Shown: positions 26,674 to 36,165 of the stretch, in pieces
Numbering within the stretch: position 1 is the first letter of the stretch
Layout of the letters: each line of letters starts with the position of its first letter
Assembly (NCBI GenBank): GCA_963713975.1
Contig: OY970218.1
Coordinates: forward strand, 1,248,001-1,312,000
DNA: 64,000 nt
Direction of reading: 5' to 3'
Source of the DNA: an uncultured Chloroflexia bacterium
GTDB taxonomy: Bacteria; Chloroflexota; Limnocylindria; Limnocylindrales; CSP1-4
Position numbers and translations under genes: made by a program
The notes under the pieces: generated by a model
What the model was told of the DNA's origin: nothing
Databases searched by the model: none
The model's input: only the letters and a program-made list of their open reading frames with translations

Positions 26674-27798
26674 GTGGACTCACAGGAGCGGATCGACCGG
26701 GCCGTAGCCCTCAAGCCGGCGGCACCGGGCGAGACCCCCGTCGCCCCGCTGCTCATCCACTACACGGCGAAGCTCGCGGGCGTGAAGCAGGCCGACATCT
26801 TCGGCAGCGTCGGCGGGTGGCGGGACGCGGTCGATCGGGCCGCGGACCGCATCCCGTTCGACATGAGTTTCGCCCTGTGGCCCACGGACGTCGCGTTCTC
26901 CGAGGGTCTCAAGCACAGGCTCCCGGGGCGCGAGCTCGGCGACGACGAGATGTTCCAGATGCTCGAGGAGGAGGTGATGACCACCGACGACTACGAGCTC
27001 CTGGTCCAGCAGGGCTACAGCCGGTGGTTCATGGACTACATGGTCCGGGTGCAGCCCCAGCTCCGGCCCGGTCGACTCTCCCGTGTCCGCACGACGGCCC
27101 ACTTCATCCAGCTCGGCTGGCGGATCCGGGGCAACGCGAGACGGCTCGAGAAGCGGGGCATCGTGCCCGCGTTCTATGCCGCCGGCTACCCGCCGTTCGA
27201 CTTCTTCAGCCTGGCCCGCACCTTCGCCAAGTTCTCCGAGGACCTGTATGACATCCCGGACCTGATCGCCAAGGCGTGCGATGCCAGCGTCGAGCCGATC
27301 ATCGCGACCATACTCCAGCCGCTGATGATGAGTCGGGGCAAGCGGGTGGAGATCTACCCGATGCGCTGCAGCACCACCTTCATCTCGCCCAGGATGTTCG
27401 AGGAGCGGGCGCTCAAGCACCTGGTCCAGATGGTCGAGGCCTTCGTCGCCAAGGGCATCACGCCCGCGCTCCATTGCGATGCCAACTGGACGCCGCTGCT
27501 CGGGTACTTCCGGGAGATGCCGCAGGGCAAGTGCATCCTCGAGCTCGACCAGGACACCGACATCTACCGGGCCAAGGAGATCCTGGGCGACTGGATGTCC
27601 ATCCGCGGCAACGTCTCGCCGACCCTGCTGGCGTTCGGCGAGGCCGCCGAGGTCGAGGCCGAGTGCGAGCGCCTCATCCGCGAGGTGGGCCATGAGGGCG
27701 GCTTCATCCTCGGCTCCGGCTGCGAGGTGCCCCTGAACGCCAAGCTCGAGAACGTCGAGGCGATGTACCGCGTCGCGCGTGCTGCGGCGCCCGCATGA
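26674..27798 (+). CDS. Uroporphyrinogen decarboxylase-family (MtbA/CmuA-like) methyltransferase
   Basis: FISPRMFEE, LHCD, IRGNV, GGFILGSGCEVP. Confidence 0.87.
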   Translation: MDSQERIDRAVALKPAAPGETPVAPLLIHYTAKLAGVKQADIFGSVGGWRDAVDRAADRIPFDMSFALWPTDVAFSEGLKHRLPGRELGDDEMFQMLEEEVMTTDDYELLVQQGYSRWFMDYMVRVQPQLRPGRLSRVRTTAHFIQLGWRIRGNARRLEKRGIVPAFYAAGYPPFDFFSLARTFAKFSEDLYDIPDLIAKACDASVEPIIATILQPLMMSRGKRVEIYPMRCSTTFISPRMFEERALKHLVQMVEAFVAKGITPALHCDANWTPLLGYFREMPQGKCILELDQDTDIYRAKEILGDWMSIRGNVSPTLLAFGEAAEVEAECERLIREVGHEGGFILGSGCEVPLNAKLENVEAMYRVARAAAPA

Positions 27799-27824
27799 CC
27801 AGCGATCACATGAGGAGACAGCCC

Positions 27825-28451
27825 ATGGCCAACCTGGCCGCCCTCACCGCCGCCGTCGAGGAAGGCAACCGCAAGGATGCCGCGGCTCTGACCCAGGCCG
27901 CCCTCGACGAAGGCGTGGACCCCAAGACGGTGCTCGACGCCATGACCGCTGCCATGGACGTGGTGGGCCGCAAGTTCCAGGAGGGCGAGCTGTACGTGCC
28001 CGAGATGCTGATCGCCGCCCGGGCGATGAAGGCAGGCACCGAGATCCTGGAGCCCGTGCTCGCGGCCGCGGGCGTGGTGCCCGAGTTCCGCGCGGTGGTG
28101 GGCACGGTCGAGGGCGACCTCCACGACATCGGCAAGAACCTCGTGGGCATGATGTGGAAGGGCGGCGGGATCGAGGTCATCGATCTTGGGGTCAACGTGG
28201 CCCCGGCCGCATTTGTCGAGGCCGCCCGCGAGCACGATGCGCACCTGATCGGCGTGTCCGCGCTCCTGACCACGACCATGCCCAACATGCGCGCCGTGGT
28301 GGAGGCCGTGCGGGCCGCCGGGCTCTCGACCAGGGTGGTCATCGGCGGGGCTCCGGTCACCCCCGAGTATGCCGCCCAGATCGGCGCCGATGGCTACGCC
28401 CCCGACGCCGGGTCCGCTGTGGACCTGGCCCGCGGCCTGCTGGCCGGCTGA
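27825..28451 (+). CDS. Corrinoid (B12-binding) protein, MtbC/MttC-like
   Basis: YVPEMLIAARAM, GDLHDIGKNLV, SALLTTTM, IGGAP, IGADGY. Confidence 0.95.
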   Translation: MANLAALTAAVEEGNRKDAAALTQAALDEGVDPKTVLDAMTAAMDVVGRKFQEGELYVPEMLIAARAMKAGTEILEPVLAAAGVVPEFRAVVGTVEGDLHDIGKNLVGMMWKGGGIEVIDLGVNVAPAAFVEAAREHDAHLIGVSALLTTTMPNMRAVVEAVRAAGLSTRVVIGGAPVTPEYAAQIGADGYAPDAGSAVDLARGLLAG

Positions 28452-28479
28452 GCCGGAACTGGTCCGCGGGGGCGAGGCG

Positions 28480-28639
28480 GGCGGACTGGGCGCACCGCCT
28501 CGGCCTGTCCCGCTCGGCCGCCAAGCACCACCTGGCGCACGCGCGGTCCAAGGTCGGTGTGGCGATGACGGCGCCGCTCGTGTGGATCCTGACGGAGCAG
28601 CTGCCGGAGCCGGCACGCACAGCGAAGCCGGAGGAGTAG
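28480..28639 (+). pseudogene. 5'-truncated LuxR-type HTH remnant
   Basis: AHRLGLSRSAAKHHLAHARSKVG resembles a LuxR recognition helix; no start codon of its own. Confidence 0.55.
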
Positions 28640-28728
28640 GCCGCAGTTCTGGAGTTGCTGACAGCCCGTGTTGACGTGCCGCCGCCGAAACCGCCAGCGC
28701 AGCGAGACCGGAGGGACACAATGGGAGG

Positions 28729-29262
28729 ATGCACGAAGACCCCACCCGCGCGGAACACCTCGCACAGCTCGATGCAATCCTGGAGGAGTTCCTCGCCGTC
28801 GTTGAACGGGCACCCTCGCCCACCCAGTTGGTCGATGGGGAGTGGAACGTGCACGACGTCGTCGGCCACATCGGGTTCTGGCAGGCGAGCTTCGCCCGCA
28901 ACGTCGACGACCTGGTCGGCGGCCAGCAGCCGCGTCCGCTTCGCGGCCGGCTCGCGGACCTCAACGAGCGCGGCGTCGCCGAAGCACGGCCGCTCCCCTT
29001 CAACCGCGTCGTGGCCGAGCTGCGCGCGTCGCAGGCCGTGATCCGGAGTCGCATCCTTCAGCCGTCGCTCGGTCCGATCCCCTACCGCGTGGGCTCGCGG
29101 GCGTACCTCCCTGATGAGCACCTCGATATCGTGCGCGACCACGTTCGGGGGCACCTGCGGCTCGTCGAGCGCGCGCTTGACGGGGCAGCACGGCAGGAGA
29201 GGGGCGGCGTTCCGCGGCTTCTAGTTGGCCGATTCGGCCCCAGGCGCCCGACCGCATTGTGA
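28729..29262 (+). CDS. DinB superfamily protein
   Basis: WNVHDVVGHIGFW and DHVRGH; GGGAGG RBS. Confidence 0.75.
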   Translation: MHEDPTRAEHLAQLDAILEEFLAVVERAPSPTQLVDGEWNVHDVVGHIGFWQASFARNVDDLVGGQQPRPLRGRLADLNERGVAEARPLPFNRVVAELRASQAVIRSRILQPSLGPIPYRVGSRAYLPDEHLDIVRDHVRGHLRLVERALDGAARQERGGVPRLLVGRFGPRRPTAL

Positions 29263-29303
29263 TACGCTCCTGCATCGTAATCAGATGCAGGAGAAGACCA
29301 CAC

Positions 29304-29810
29304 GTGGCGGAGTCGGGCAAGGCATTCACCGAGACGCGCCAGTTCAAACTCATGCGGACCGTCATCGGCGCGGGGAACCCGCTCATGCGGCACCTGCTCG
29401 ACTCACGGTTCGCGGGGCCGATGGGCAAGAACCTCCTGCTCCTGCGGTACCGCGGCCGGAAGTCGGGTCGGACGATCACCACCCCGGTCGGCTACGTCCG
29501 CGACGGTGACCGCGTCGTCATGGTCACCTCGCCCACCTACCGCTGGTGGCCCAACTTCGTGGGCGGAGCCGAGGCGGAGCTGCGCCTGCCGGAGGGCTGG
29601 CGGACGGGGCTGGTCGAGATCGTGATGCCCGACGACCCGCGCTACGACGAGGTCGTCGCCTTCCAGGTCGCCCGCCGCGGTCCGGGCATGCTCCGCGGCT
29701 TTGGCCTTGAGATCGACGACGAGGGACGTGTCGGGCCCGAGACGAAGGCGACCGCGACCACCAAGGCACACCTCGTCCTCGTCACGCTGGCGCCCACGGA
29801 CACCCAATGA
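29304..29810 (+). CDS. Deazaflavin-dependent nitroreductase-like (split barrel) protein
   Basis: LLLLRYRGRKSGRTITTPV and WWPNF. Confidence 0.75.
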   Translation: MAESGKAFTETRQFKLMRTVIGAGNPLMRHLLDSRFAGPMGKNLLLLRYRGRKSGRTITTPVGYVRDGDRVVMVTSPTYRWWPNFVGGAEAELRLPEGWRTGLVEIVMPDDPRYDEVVAFQVARRGPGMLRGFGLEIDDEGRVGPETKATATTKAHLVLVTLAPTDTQ

Positions 29811-30421
29811 GCGCAGGTGCGGCCGCGACGCCCGAGTCCCGCGGCCGGCCCCGGGACGCCCGGATCGACGAGGCCATCCTGGGTGCGACCCTCCGCCTCC
29901 TTGACGAGCACGGCTACCAGCGGATGTCGATCGCCGCGGTCGCCGAGGCGGCGGGTGTCGGCCGACCCGCCCTGTACCGCCGGTACGCCTCGAAGGCCGA
30001 TCTCGTGGTGGACGCCATCTCGCACATGGCACCGGGTCCCGAGCCTTCGCTCCCGGACGACAGCCGCGATGCCGTCGGCCGGCTGCTCACCGCGGCGGGC
30101 GGCGTGTTCGCGTCACCGGGCGGGGCAGCAATCCTCGGCTCGCTCCTCGCGGAGCTGCGCCGCGACCCCGAGCTGCTGGCAGCCTTCCGGGCGCGGATCT
30201 TCGAGCCTCGCCGGGCGGCCGTCCACCGGGTGCTTGAGCGCGGGGTGGCCCGCGGTGACGTCGCTGCCGACGTCGACCGAGAGGCTGTCGACGGTCTTCT
30301 CTTCGGCGGGTTGCTCGCCCGGGCGATCCTCGGCGAGACCGTCGACACCGATTGGATCGACCGGACCCTCGACCAGGTGTGGCGCGGCATCGCGGCACAG
30401 CCCCAGGACATCGCACGATGA
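29807..30421 (+). CDS. TetR/AcrR family regulator
   Basis: RGRPRD, SIAAVAEAAGVGRPALYRRYASK. Confidence 0.93.
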   Translation: MSAGAAATPESRGRPRDARIDEAILGATLRLLDEHGYQRMSIAAVAEAAGVGRPALYRRYASKADLVVDAISHMAPGPEPSLPDDSRDAVGRLLTAAGGVFASPGGAAILGSLLAELRRDPELLAAFRARIFEPRRAAVHRVLERGVARGDVAADVDREAVDGLLFGGLLARAILGETVDTDWIDRTLDQVWRGIAAQPQDIAR

Positions 30422-31296
30422 CCGCCCCCGTCCTCGTCACCGGCGCCCCGGGCAACGTCGGCACGCCACTCGTCGAGGAGCTCCTGCGCCTCGGCGCGGA
30501 TGTCCGCGTCGCAGCCTGGGACGTTGACGTCGCCGGGAATGCCTTCGGCGACGCCGTCGAGGTCGTCCCCTTCGACTTCACGCGTCCCGAGTCATTTGGC
30601 CCCGCGTTCCGGGACGTGGAGCGGGTGTTCCTCCTGCGCCCGCCCCAGATCGCGGATGTGGACGGCGTCATCGTGCCCGCGCTCGAGGCCGCCCGCGCAG
30701 CCGGCATCCGGCACGTCGTGTTCCTCTCGATCCAGGGGGCTGACAAGAACCGCCTCGTCCCGCACCGCAAGATCGAGGACCGCCTGCGGGCGTCGGGCAT
30801 GGCCTGGACGTTCGTCCGGGCCGCGTACTTCATGCAGAACCTCTCGACCACCCACGCACTCGAGGTCCGCGAGCGCGACGAGATCTGGGTGCCGGCGGGA
30901 CGCCGCTCGCGGACGGCCCACGTGGACGCCCGGGACGTCGCGGCGATCGCTGCTCGGGCGCTGACCGAGGACGGGCACGAGGGGCAGGCCTACACGCCGA
31001 CGGGTCCGGCCGCGCTCACCTACGATGAGATCGCCGAGATGCTGACCGACGAGCTTGGGCGACCCATCCGCTACGCGAACCCCAACCTGCTCGCCTACTG
31101 GCGCCGGATGCGCTGGCGCGGGATGCCTCGAGCGATGGTCGGGGTGACGCTCGGCATCTACACGGCCGCGCGGTTCGGCTTGGCCAACGGCCTGACTGAC
31201 GACGTCAAGCGGATCACCGGGCGCCCACCGATCCCGATGCGCCAGTTCGTCCACGCTGCGCGCGATGCATGGCTGGCGCCAGCTGGGGGCCACTGA
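30418..31296 (+). CDS. NmrA-like / atypical SDR oxidoreductase
   Basis: VLVTGAPGNVG, FMQN, VDARDVA, TGPAALT. Confidence 0.9.
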   Translation: MTAPVLVTGAPGNVGTPLVEELLRLGADVRVAAWDVDVAGNAFGDAVEVVPFDFTRPESFGPAFRDVERVFLLRPPQIADVDGVIVPALEAARAAGIRHVVFLSIQGADKNRLVPHRKIEDRLRASGMAWTFVRAAYFMQNLSTTHALEVRERDEIWVPAGRRSRTAHVDARDVAAIAARALTEDGHEGQAYTPTGPAALTYDEIAEMLTDELGRPIRYANPNLLAYWRRMRWRGMPRAMVGVTLGIYTAARFGLANGLTDDVKRITGRPPIPMRQFVHAARDAWLAPAGGH

Positions 31297-31390
31297 GCGG
31301 TTCTGCCGACACGAGTTTCCCTCGCCGGCTAGCGTTCCGCAGGTCCCGGGTTGGGGACCGATGTCTCCCGCGGGCAGGCGGCCCGAGCGC

Positions 31391-31798
31391 CTACGCTTCC
31401 TCCAGGGCCTGTGCACGACGTGCGGCGGCCTGGATGAGCCCCTTCTCGAAGGCGTCCTCGATCGCGCCGTCGCCGAAGCGCTCGGCGCGGATGACCGCTA
31501 TCAGGACCCGCGAGACCTCCTCGCCCGTGGCGTCCGCGAGCGCGTCCGGGTCGGTGAGCAGCTCGTGCCCGCGCGGCGTCTCGGCCCACTGCATCCAGTC
31601 GAAGGACTGGACCATCTTGACGCGGTACATGTCCGCCACGAACGCGTCGAGCCGCTCGGTGTAGGTCACGTAGGGCATCTGGATCACGCCGTCGGCGTCG
31701 GGCGTGCCACCCTCCCACGTCGCGGTCGCGAAGCCGGGCTCGCTGATCTCGTCGGCCCAGCCGGCCAGAGCGACGAGCGGCGCACGGGCGACCCTCAC
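31391..31798 (-). CDS. DUF6508-like protein
   Basis: FDWMQW and IRAERFGDG; GTG overlaps the upstream stop. Confidence 0.7.
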   Translation of the reverse strand: MRVARAPLVALAGWADEISEPGFATATWEGGTPDADGVIQMPYVTYTERLDAFVADMYRVKMVQSFDWMQWAETPRGHELLTDPDALADATGEEVSRVLIAVIRAERFGDGAIEDAFEKGLIQAAARRAQALEEA

Positions 31799-32370
31799 CG
31801 CAGGGCCTCCAGCATCCCGTCGGACCACGCCGCGAGCTCGTCGAGGCGAGCGGCCCACGCCGGGTCCTGCCAGGCGCGCAGGTCGTCGAGCATCTCCTCG
31901 AGCGAGAGGATGTCGTGGAACCCGAAGGCCTGGCGCACCTCGTCGCGCCGGTCGGGGTCGACCGCGCCCCAGACGAGGATGGCGCCGTCGACCGTGACCG
32001 CCTTGCTGCCGACCTTCACCGCGTGCCGGGCTGGATCGGCCGCGACCTCGAGGAACCAGTCGAAGGCGGGCTTGCCGCGGTGGTGGTCGAGCTGGCCAGG
32101 ATTGTCCAGGCGCAGGTAGGCGTAGCTCATCCATGCGAGCTCGCTCTTCTGCTCGGCCACGAAGGAGTGACCGTCGGGGTCGCGGAACAGGTGGTCGATG
32201 GTGGCCCAGCCGGTGCCCTCGTAGAGCGTGGGGCGCCCGGCCCATGCGTAGGGCGCCTTCGGGTTCTGGCCCCAGATCGGCGGGATGTCCTCGCTGAACA
32301 TGCCGAACAGCCGCGAGCGGAAGTTGTCCGCCCGCGTGTCGCCGGTCCGGAAGATCCCCTCGAACTGCAC
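31795..32370 (-). CDS. Putative PD-(D/E)xK nuclease-fold protein
   Basis: TIDHLF...FVAEQKSE; AGGAGG RBS. Confidence 0.55.
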   Translation of the reverse strand: MQFEGIFRTGDTRADNFRSRLFGMFSEDIPPIWGQNPKAPYAWAGRPTLYEGTGWATIDHLFRDPDGHSFVAEQKSELAWMSYAYLRLDNPGQLDHHRGKPAFDWFLEVAADPARHAVKVGSKAVTVDGAILVWGAVDPDRRDEVRQAFGFHDILSLEEMLDDLRAWQDPAWAARLDELAAWSDGMLEALR

Positions 32371-32384
32371 CGATCCTCCTCGCG

Positions 32385-32600
32385 CTACCGACCTGCGTTC
32401 TCCGCCGCCGTGCAGACCTGGTTCGCCTTCGCCTCGAGGCCCTTGCCCTGCTTCACGTAGCCCCTGGCGGTCTTGAGGCCGGCGCTGTAACGGCCCTGCG
32501 CGGCCTTCCTCGCGTCCGAGGCCTTATCGAGGAGCGATGCGATCTCGCTGTCCGCGGTCGCCGAGTCCGAGCCAGCCGGGTAGGCCGCGACCGCCGACCT
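32385..32600 (-). pseudogene. 3' remnant of an unknown gene
   Basis: Open frame ending ...KGLEAKANQVCTAAENAGR-stop directly before the next RBS; no start codon found. Confidence 0.4.
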
Positions 32601-32795
32601 GGTGGGCGCTCCTCCGCCTCGCTACGGTTGCGCCTTGACAATCAGACTTCTGCCCGGATAATAGCAAAGGTTGTGAGCTTCTGGTCAGACTATGATCATG
32701 GACGGTCATCACTGAAATGGACGTTCATCACTGAATTCGCCGGACGAGTCCTGATGGGTCGCTTGATCACTGACATGGATGATGCGGAGGTCCAC

Positions 32796-33929
32796 ATGGG
32801 CGCAGGCGCGCTGACGAGAGCTCACGAGCTTGGTGTATCGGTCTCGCTCGACTACATCAGCCGCCGACTCCTTGCCGGGGGCGGCCTCCAGCGTCTGGTC
32901 GACGAGGACCACGTGGTTGGCGTGACGTCCAATCCGATCATCTTCGGCAAGGCCATCAGCCAGGACCCGCTGTATGAGTCGCAACTTAGGCAGGTTGATC
33001 CCGATCTGGACGTGGAGCAGGTGGCGCTTGCGCTGATGATCCGCGACATCCAGGATGCCGCCGACATCCTGAGCCCTGTCTACAAAGCGACGGGTCACCG
33101 GGACGGATTTGTCAGTATCGAGGTGTCGCCCCACCTGGCGCACTCGTACGCGGGCACGGTCGCCGCGGCGAAGGCTCTCTGGGCTCGAGTAGATCGGCCT
33201 AATGTCCTCATCAAGATGCCGGCTACGGCCGAGGGGATCGCCGCCTTCGAGGATTGCGTCGCGGGCGGCATCGCCGTGAACATCACGGTCATCTTCTCCT
33301 CCGCGACGTACGAATCGGTTGTCAACGCCTACGTACGCGCCATGAACCTGCGCCACGAGGCCGGCCTCTCGCTCGATGTCGCAACCTACGCGTCCGTCTT
33401 CGTCGGCCGTCTCGATCCGCCGATCGACGCGCTCCTCGATGATCGGATCGCTGCCTCGACATCCCCGGACCAGCGCCGGAGACTCGAGTCCCTTCGCGGG
33501 CGGGGCGCCCTCGCCAACGCCGAGCTCGTGTACAAGCGGTCGGCGGAACTCCGGGCAGCCCTTGGGTCGGACCTCGCCGCGATTGGCGCTCGGTTCCAGC
33601 CGATCATCTGGGCGAGCGTCGGCGTCCGCGGCGACACGCCCCCCACCAAGTATGTGAATGGGCTCCTTGCGCTCGGCTCGACCCTCACGATGCCAGAGGC
33701 CACCTTGGATGCCTTCCGCGCCGATGGCGACACGAGCCGCCCGATGGGGACGAGCCTCGAGGAGTCGCGTGCGGTGTGGGCAGCCCTGACCGCAGAGGGA
33801 ATCAACCCTGATCGCATCACGCATGCCATGGAGGAGGAGATCCTGCGGCTCTTCTCCGAAGCGTATGACGGCATGTGTGCCGAGGTGGCATCGAAGCTCG
33901 CCCAGCTCCGCCCCGTCGCGGCGGGCTGA
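32796..33929 (+). CDS. Transaldolase family protein (divergent)
   Basis: GVTSNP, VSIEVSP, NVLIKMPAT (Schiff-base Lys), VNITVIFS, WAS; GGAGG RBS. Confidence 0.88.
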   Translation: MGAGALTRAHELGVSVSLDYISRRLLAGGGLQRLVDEDHVVGVTSNPIIFGKAISQDPLYESQLRQVDPDLDVEQVALALMIRDIQDAADILSPVYKATGHRDGFVSIEVSPHLAHSYAGTVAAAKALWARVDRPNVLIKMPATAEGIAAFEDCVAGGIAVNITVIFSSATYESVVNAYVRAMNLRHEAGLSLDVATYASVFVGRLDPPIDALLDDRIAASTSPDQRRRLESLRGRGALANAELVYKRSAELRAALGSDLAAIGARFQPIIWASVGVRGDTPPTKYVNGLLALGSTLTMPEATLDAFRADGDTSRPMGTSLEESRAVWAALTAEGINPDRITHAMEEEILRLFSEAYDGMCAEVASKLAQLRPVAAG

Positions 33930-33983
33930 CACCACGCCGAGCAGGCGGCATCACGCAGCCGGATCACCCAGAAAGGGAACGTC

Positions 33984-35060
33984 GTGAGCACGTATCGCAT
34001 CGCCGTTATTCCCGGCGACGGAGTCGGTGTCGAGGTGATCCCCGAGGGCCTCAAGGTGCTGAGGCGGGTCGGCGAGGTCACGGGCAGCTTCAGCATCGAG
34101 ACGACCGAGTTCCTATGGTCGTGCGAGTACTACCTCGCCCACGGCGAGATGATGCCGAAGGACGGCGTGGACCAGCTCCGCGACTCGGACGCGATCTACC
34201 TCGGCGCCGTCGGATTTCCGGGCGTCGCTGACCACGTCTCGCTGTGGGGCCTGCTCCTGCCGATCCGCAAGGAGTTCGACCAGTACGTCAACCTCCGGCC
34301 CATCCAGATGTTCGAAGGCATTCCCGGTCCGCTCCGAGACAAGGGCCCCAAGGACATCGACATCCTATGCGTACGGGAGAACACCGAAGGCGAGTACGTC
34401 GGGATGGGAGGCCGCTTTAAGGAGGGCACGCCCGACGAGTCGGCCGTCCAGGTATCGCTTTTCACCCGCAAGGGCGTGGAGCGGATCGCCCGCTACGCGT
34501 TCGGACTCGCCCAGAATCGTCGGAGGATCCTCGCGAGCGCGACGAAGTCCAACGCCCTCAACTACACGGCCGTGATGTGGGACGAGATCGTCGCCGAGAT
34601 CGGGGCCCGCGAGTTCCCTGAGGTGGAGATCACGAGTTACCACGTCGATGCGCTGTCGGCGCGGTTCGTGACGGCACCGGAAACGCTTGACGTGGTGGTT
34701 GCCAGCAACCTGTTCGGCGACATCATCACGGATCTCGGCGGGGCTCTCCAGGGGTCCATGGGGCTGCCCGCCGGCGCGAACCTCAATCCTGAGCGCAAGT
34801 ATCCCTCCATGTTCGAGCCGATCCACGGCTCCGCGCCGCGCCGCGCCGGCCAGGGGATCGGCAACCCGATGGCGACCGTCTGGGCCGGAGCGATGATGCT
34901 GGAGCACCTTGGCGAGACCGAGGCCGCGGGCCTCGTGATGGATGCACTCCGCCATGTCGCCCTGCACGGGCCGCGCACCAAGGATCTCGGCGGGACTACG
35001 CGGACAACCGAGATGGGTGACGCGATCGCCGCCGCGCTCGGCACCGCCGCCCCTCACTGA
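33984..35060 (+). CDS. Tartrate/D-malate dehydrogenase (isocitrate/isopropylmalate dehydrogenase family)
   Basis: IPGDGVGVEV, RENTEGEY, KSNA, NLFGDI, FEPIHGSAP. Confidence 0.92.
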   Translation: MSTYRIAVIPGDGVGVEVIPEGLKVLRRVGEVTGSFSIETTEFLWSCEYYLAHGEMMPKDGVDQLRDSDAIYLGAVGFPGVADHVSLWGLLLPIRKEFDQYVNLRPIQMFEGIPGPLRDKGPKDIDILCVRENTEGEYVGMGGRFKEGTPDESAVQVSLFTRKGVERIARYAFGLAQNRRRILASATKSNALNYTAVMWDEIVAEIGAREFPEVEITSYHVDALSARFVTAPETLDVVVASNLFGDIITDLGGALQGSMGLPAGANLNPERKYPSMFEPIHGSAPRRAGQGIGNPMATVWAGAMMLEHLGETEAAGLVMDALRHVALHGPRTKDLGGTTRTTEMGDAIAAALGTAAPH

Positions 35061-35132
35061 CAACGTTCCCATTGGCACCGCGGGGCACCTCCTCCGCCCC
35101 GCGGCGCCACTACTAATCCGAAGGAGCTGTTC

Positions 35133-36152
35133 ATGAGCAACCCGCGCGTTCTCGTTGTCGGCTACGGGGTCATTGGCCAGCGCCTCGCCGACGGTGTGGC
35201 CCGCCAGGCCGACATGGACCTCGTCGGCGTGGTCGACGTCGAGCCGACCCTGTCCACGCGCGCCCTCTTCGAGAGCGGCATGCCCTTCCGCCTGTTCGTC
35301 GCGGCATCCGAGCAGAAGGCGGCCTTCGACGCCATCGGGATACCGGTCGCCGGGACGCTCGATGAGGCGCTCGACGAGACGGACATCGTCCTTGACTCCA
35401 CGCCGGGCGGCGTCGGCCGCAAGAACAAGGAGATCTACCAGGCGCGTGGCGTCAAGGCGATCTTCCAGGGCGGCGAGAAGAGCGACATCGTCGACGTCTT
35501 CTTCCACGGCTACGCCAACTACGAGAAGGGCGTCGGCAAGGACTACCTCAAGCTCACGAGCTGCAACACGACGGGTCTCATCCGGGCGGTTGACTGCCTC
35601 GACCGGGCCGTCGGCGTGGAGCGGGTCATGGTGACGATCATCCGTCGGGTGGCCGATCCGGGCGACACCCATCGCGGGCTCGTGGACGTGGCCCAGGTGG
35701 AGCCGGTGCCGAACCACCAGGCCGTGGACCTCATGACGATCATGCCCCACGTGGAGGCTACCGGGCTACTGGTGCACGTCCCCACGACGCACGGCCACAT
35801 TGTGAACGTGATCGCAACGCTCAAGAACCCGCTCGACAAGGCGGGGGCGATCGAGCTGTTCAACGCCCATCCGCGGATCCGCGTCGTCAAGATCGTCGAC
35901 GGGTTCAACTCCAACACCGCCCTCTTCCGCTACGCGCGCGACTTGGGCCACAAGCGCGCCGACATGTACGAGATCGCGGTGTTCGACGAGACCGTGGCGG
36001 TGAGCGGGCGCGAACTGATGTTCGCGATCAACATCCCGCAGGAGGCCGTCGTCACGCCCGAGACGATGGACGCCATCCGTGCCGCGCTGGAGATGCAGAC
36101 CGACCGCCTCGAGGCCGTCGGTCTGACGAACCAGTACCTCGGCATGAAGTAG
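35133..36152 (+). CDS. Type II (archaeal-like) glyceraldehyde-3-phosphate dehydrogenase
   Basis: GYGVIGQRLAD, AIFQGGEK, SCNTTG, RRVADP, VPTTHGH, QEAVVTPETMDAIRA. Confidence 0.88.
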   Translation: MSNPRVLVVGYGVIGQRLADGVARQADMDLVGVVDVEPTLSTRALFESGMPFRLFVAASEQKAAFDAIGIPVAGTLDEALDETDIVLDSTPGGVGRKNKEIYQARGVKAIFQGGEKSDIVDVFFHGYANYEKGVGKDYLKLTSCNTTGLIRAVDCLDRAVGVERVMVTIIRRVADPGDTHRGLVDVAQVEPVPNHQAVDLMTIMPHVEATGLLVHVPTTHGHIVNVIATLKNPLDKAGAIELFNAHPRIRVVKIVDGFNSNTALFRYARDLGHKRADMYEIAVFDETVAVSGRELMFAINIPQEAVVTPETMDAIRAALEMQTDRLEAVGLTNQYLGMK

Positions 36153-36165
36153 CGGAGCCGGCTTC

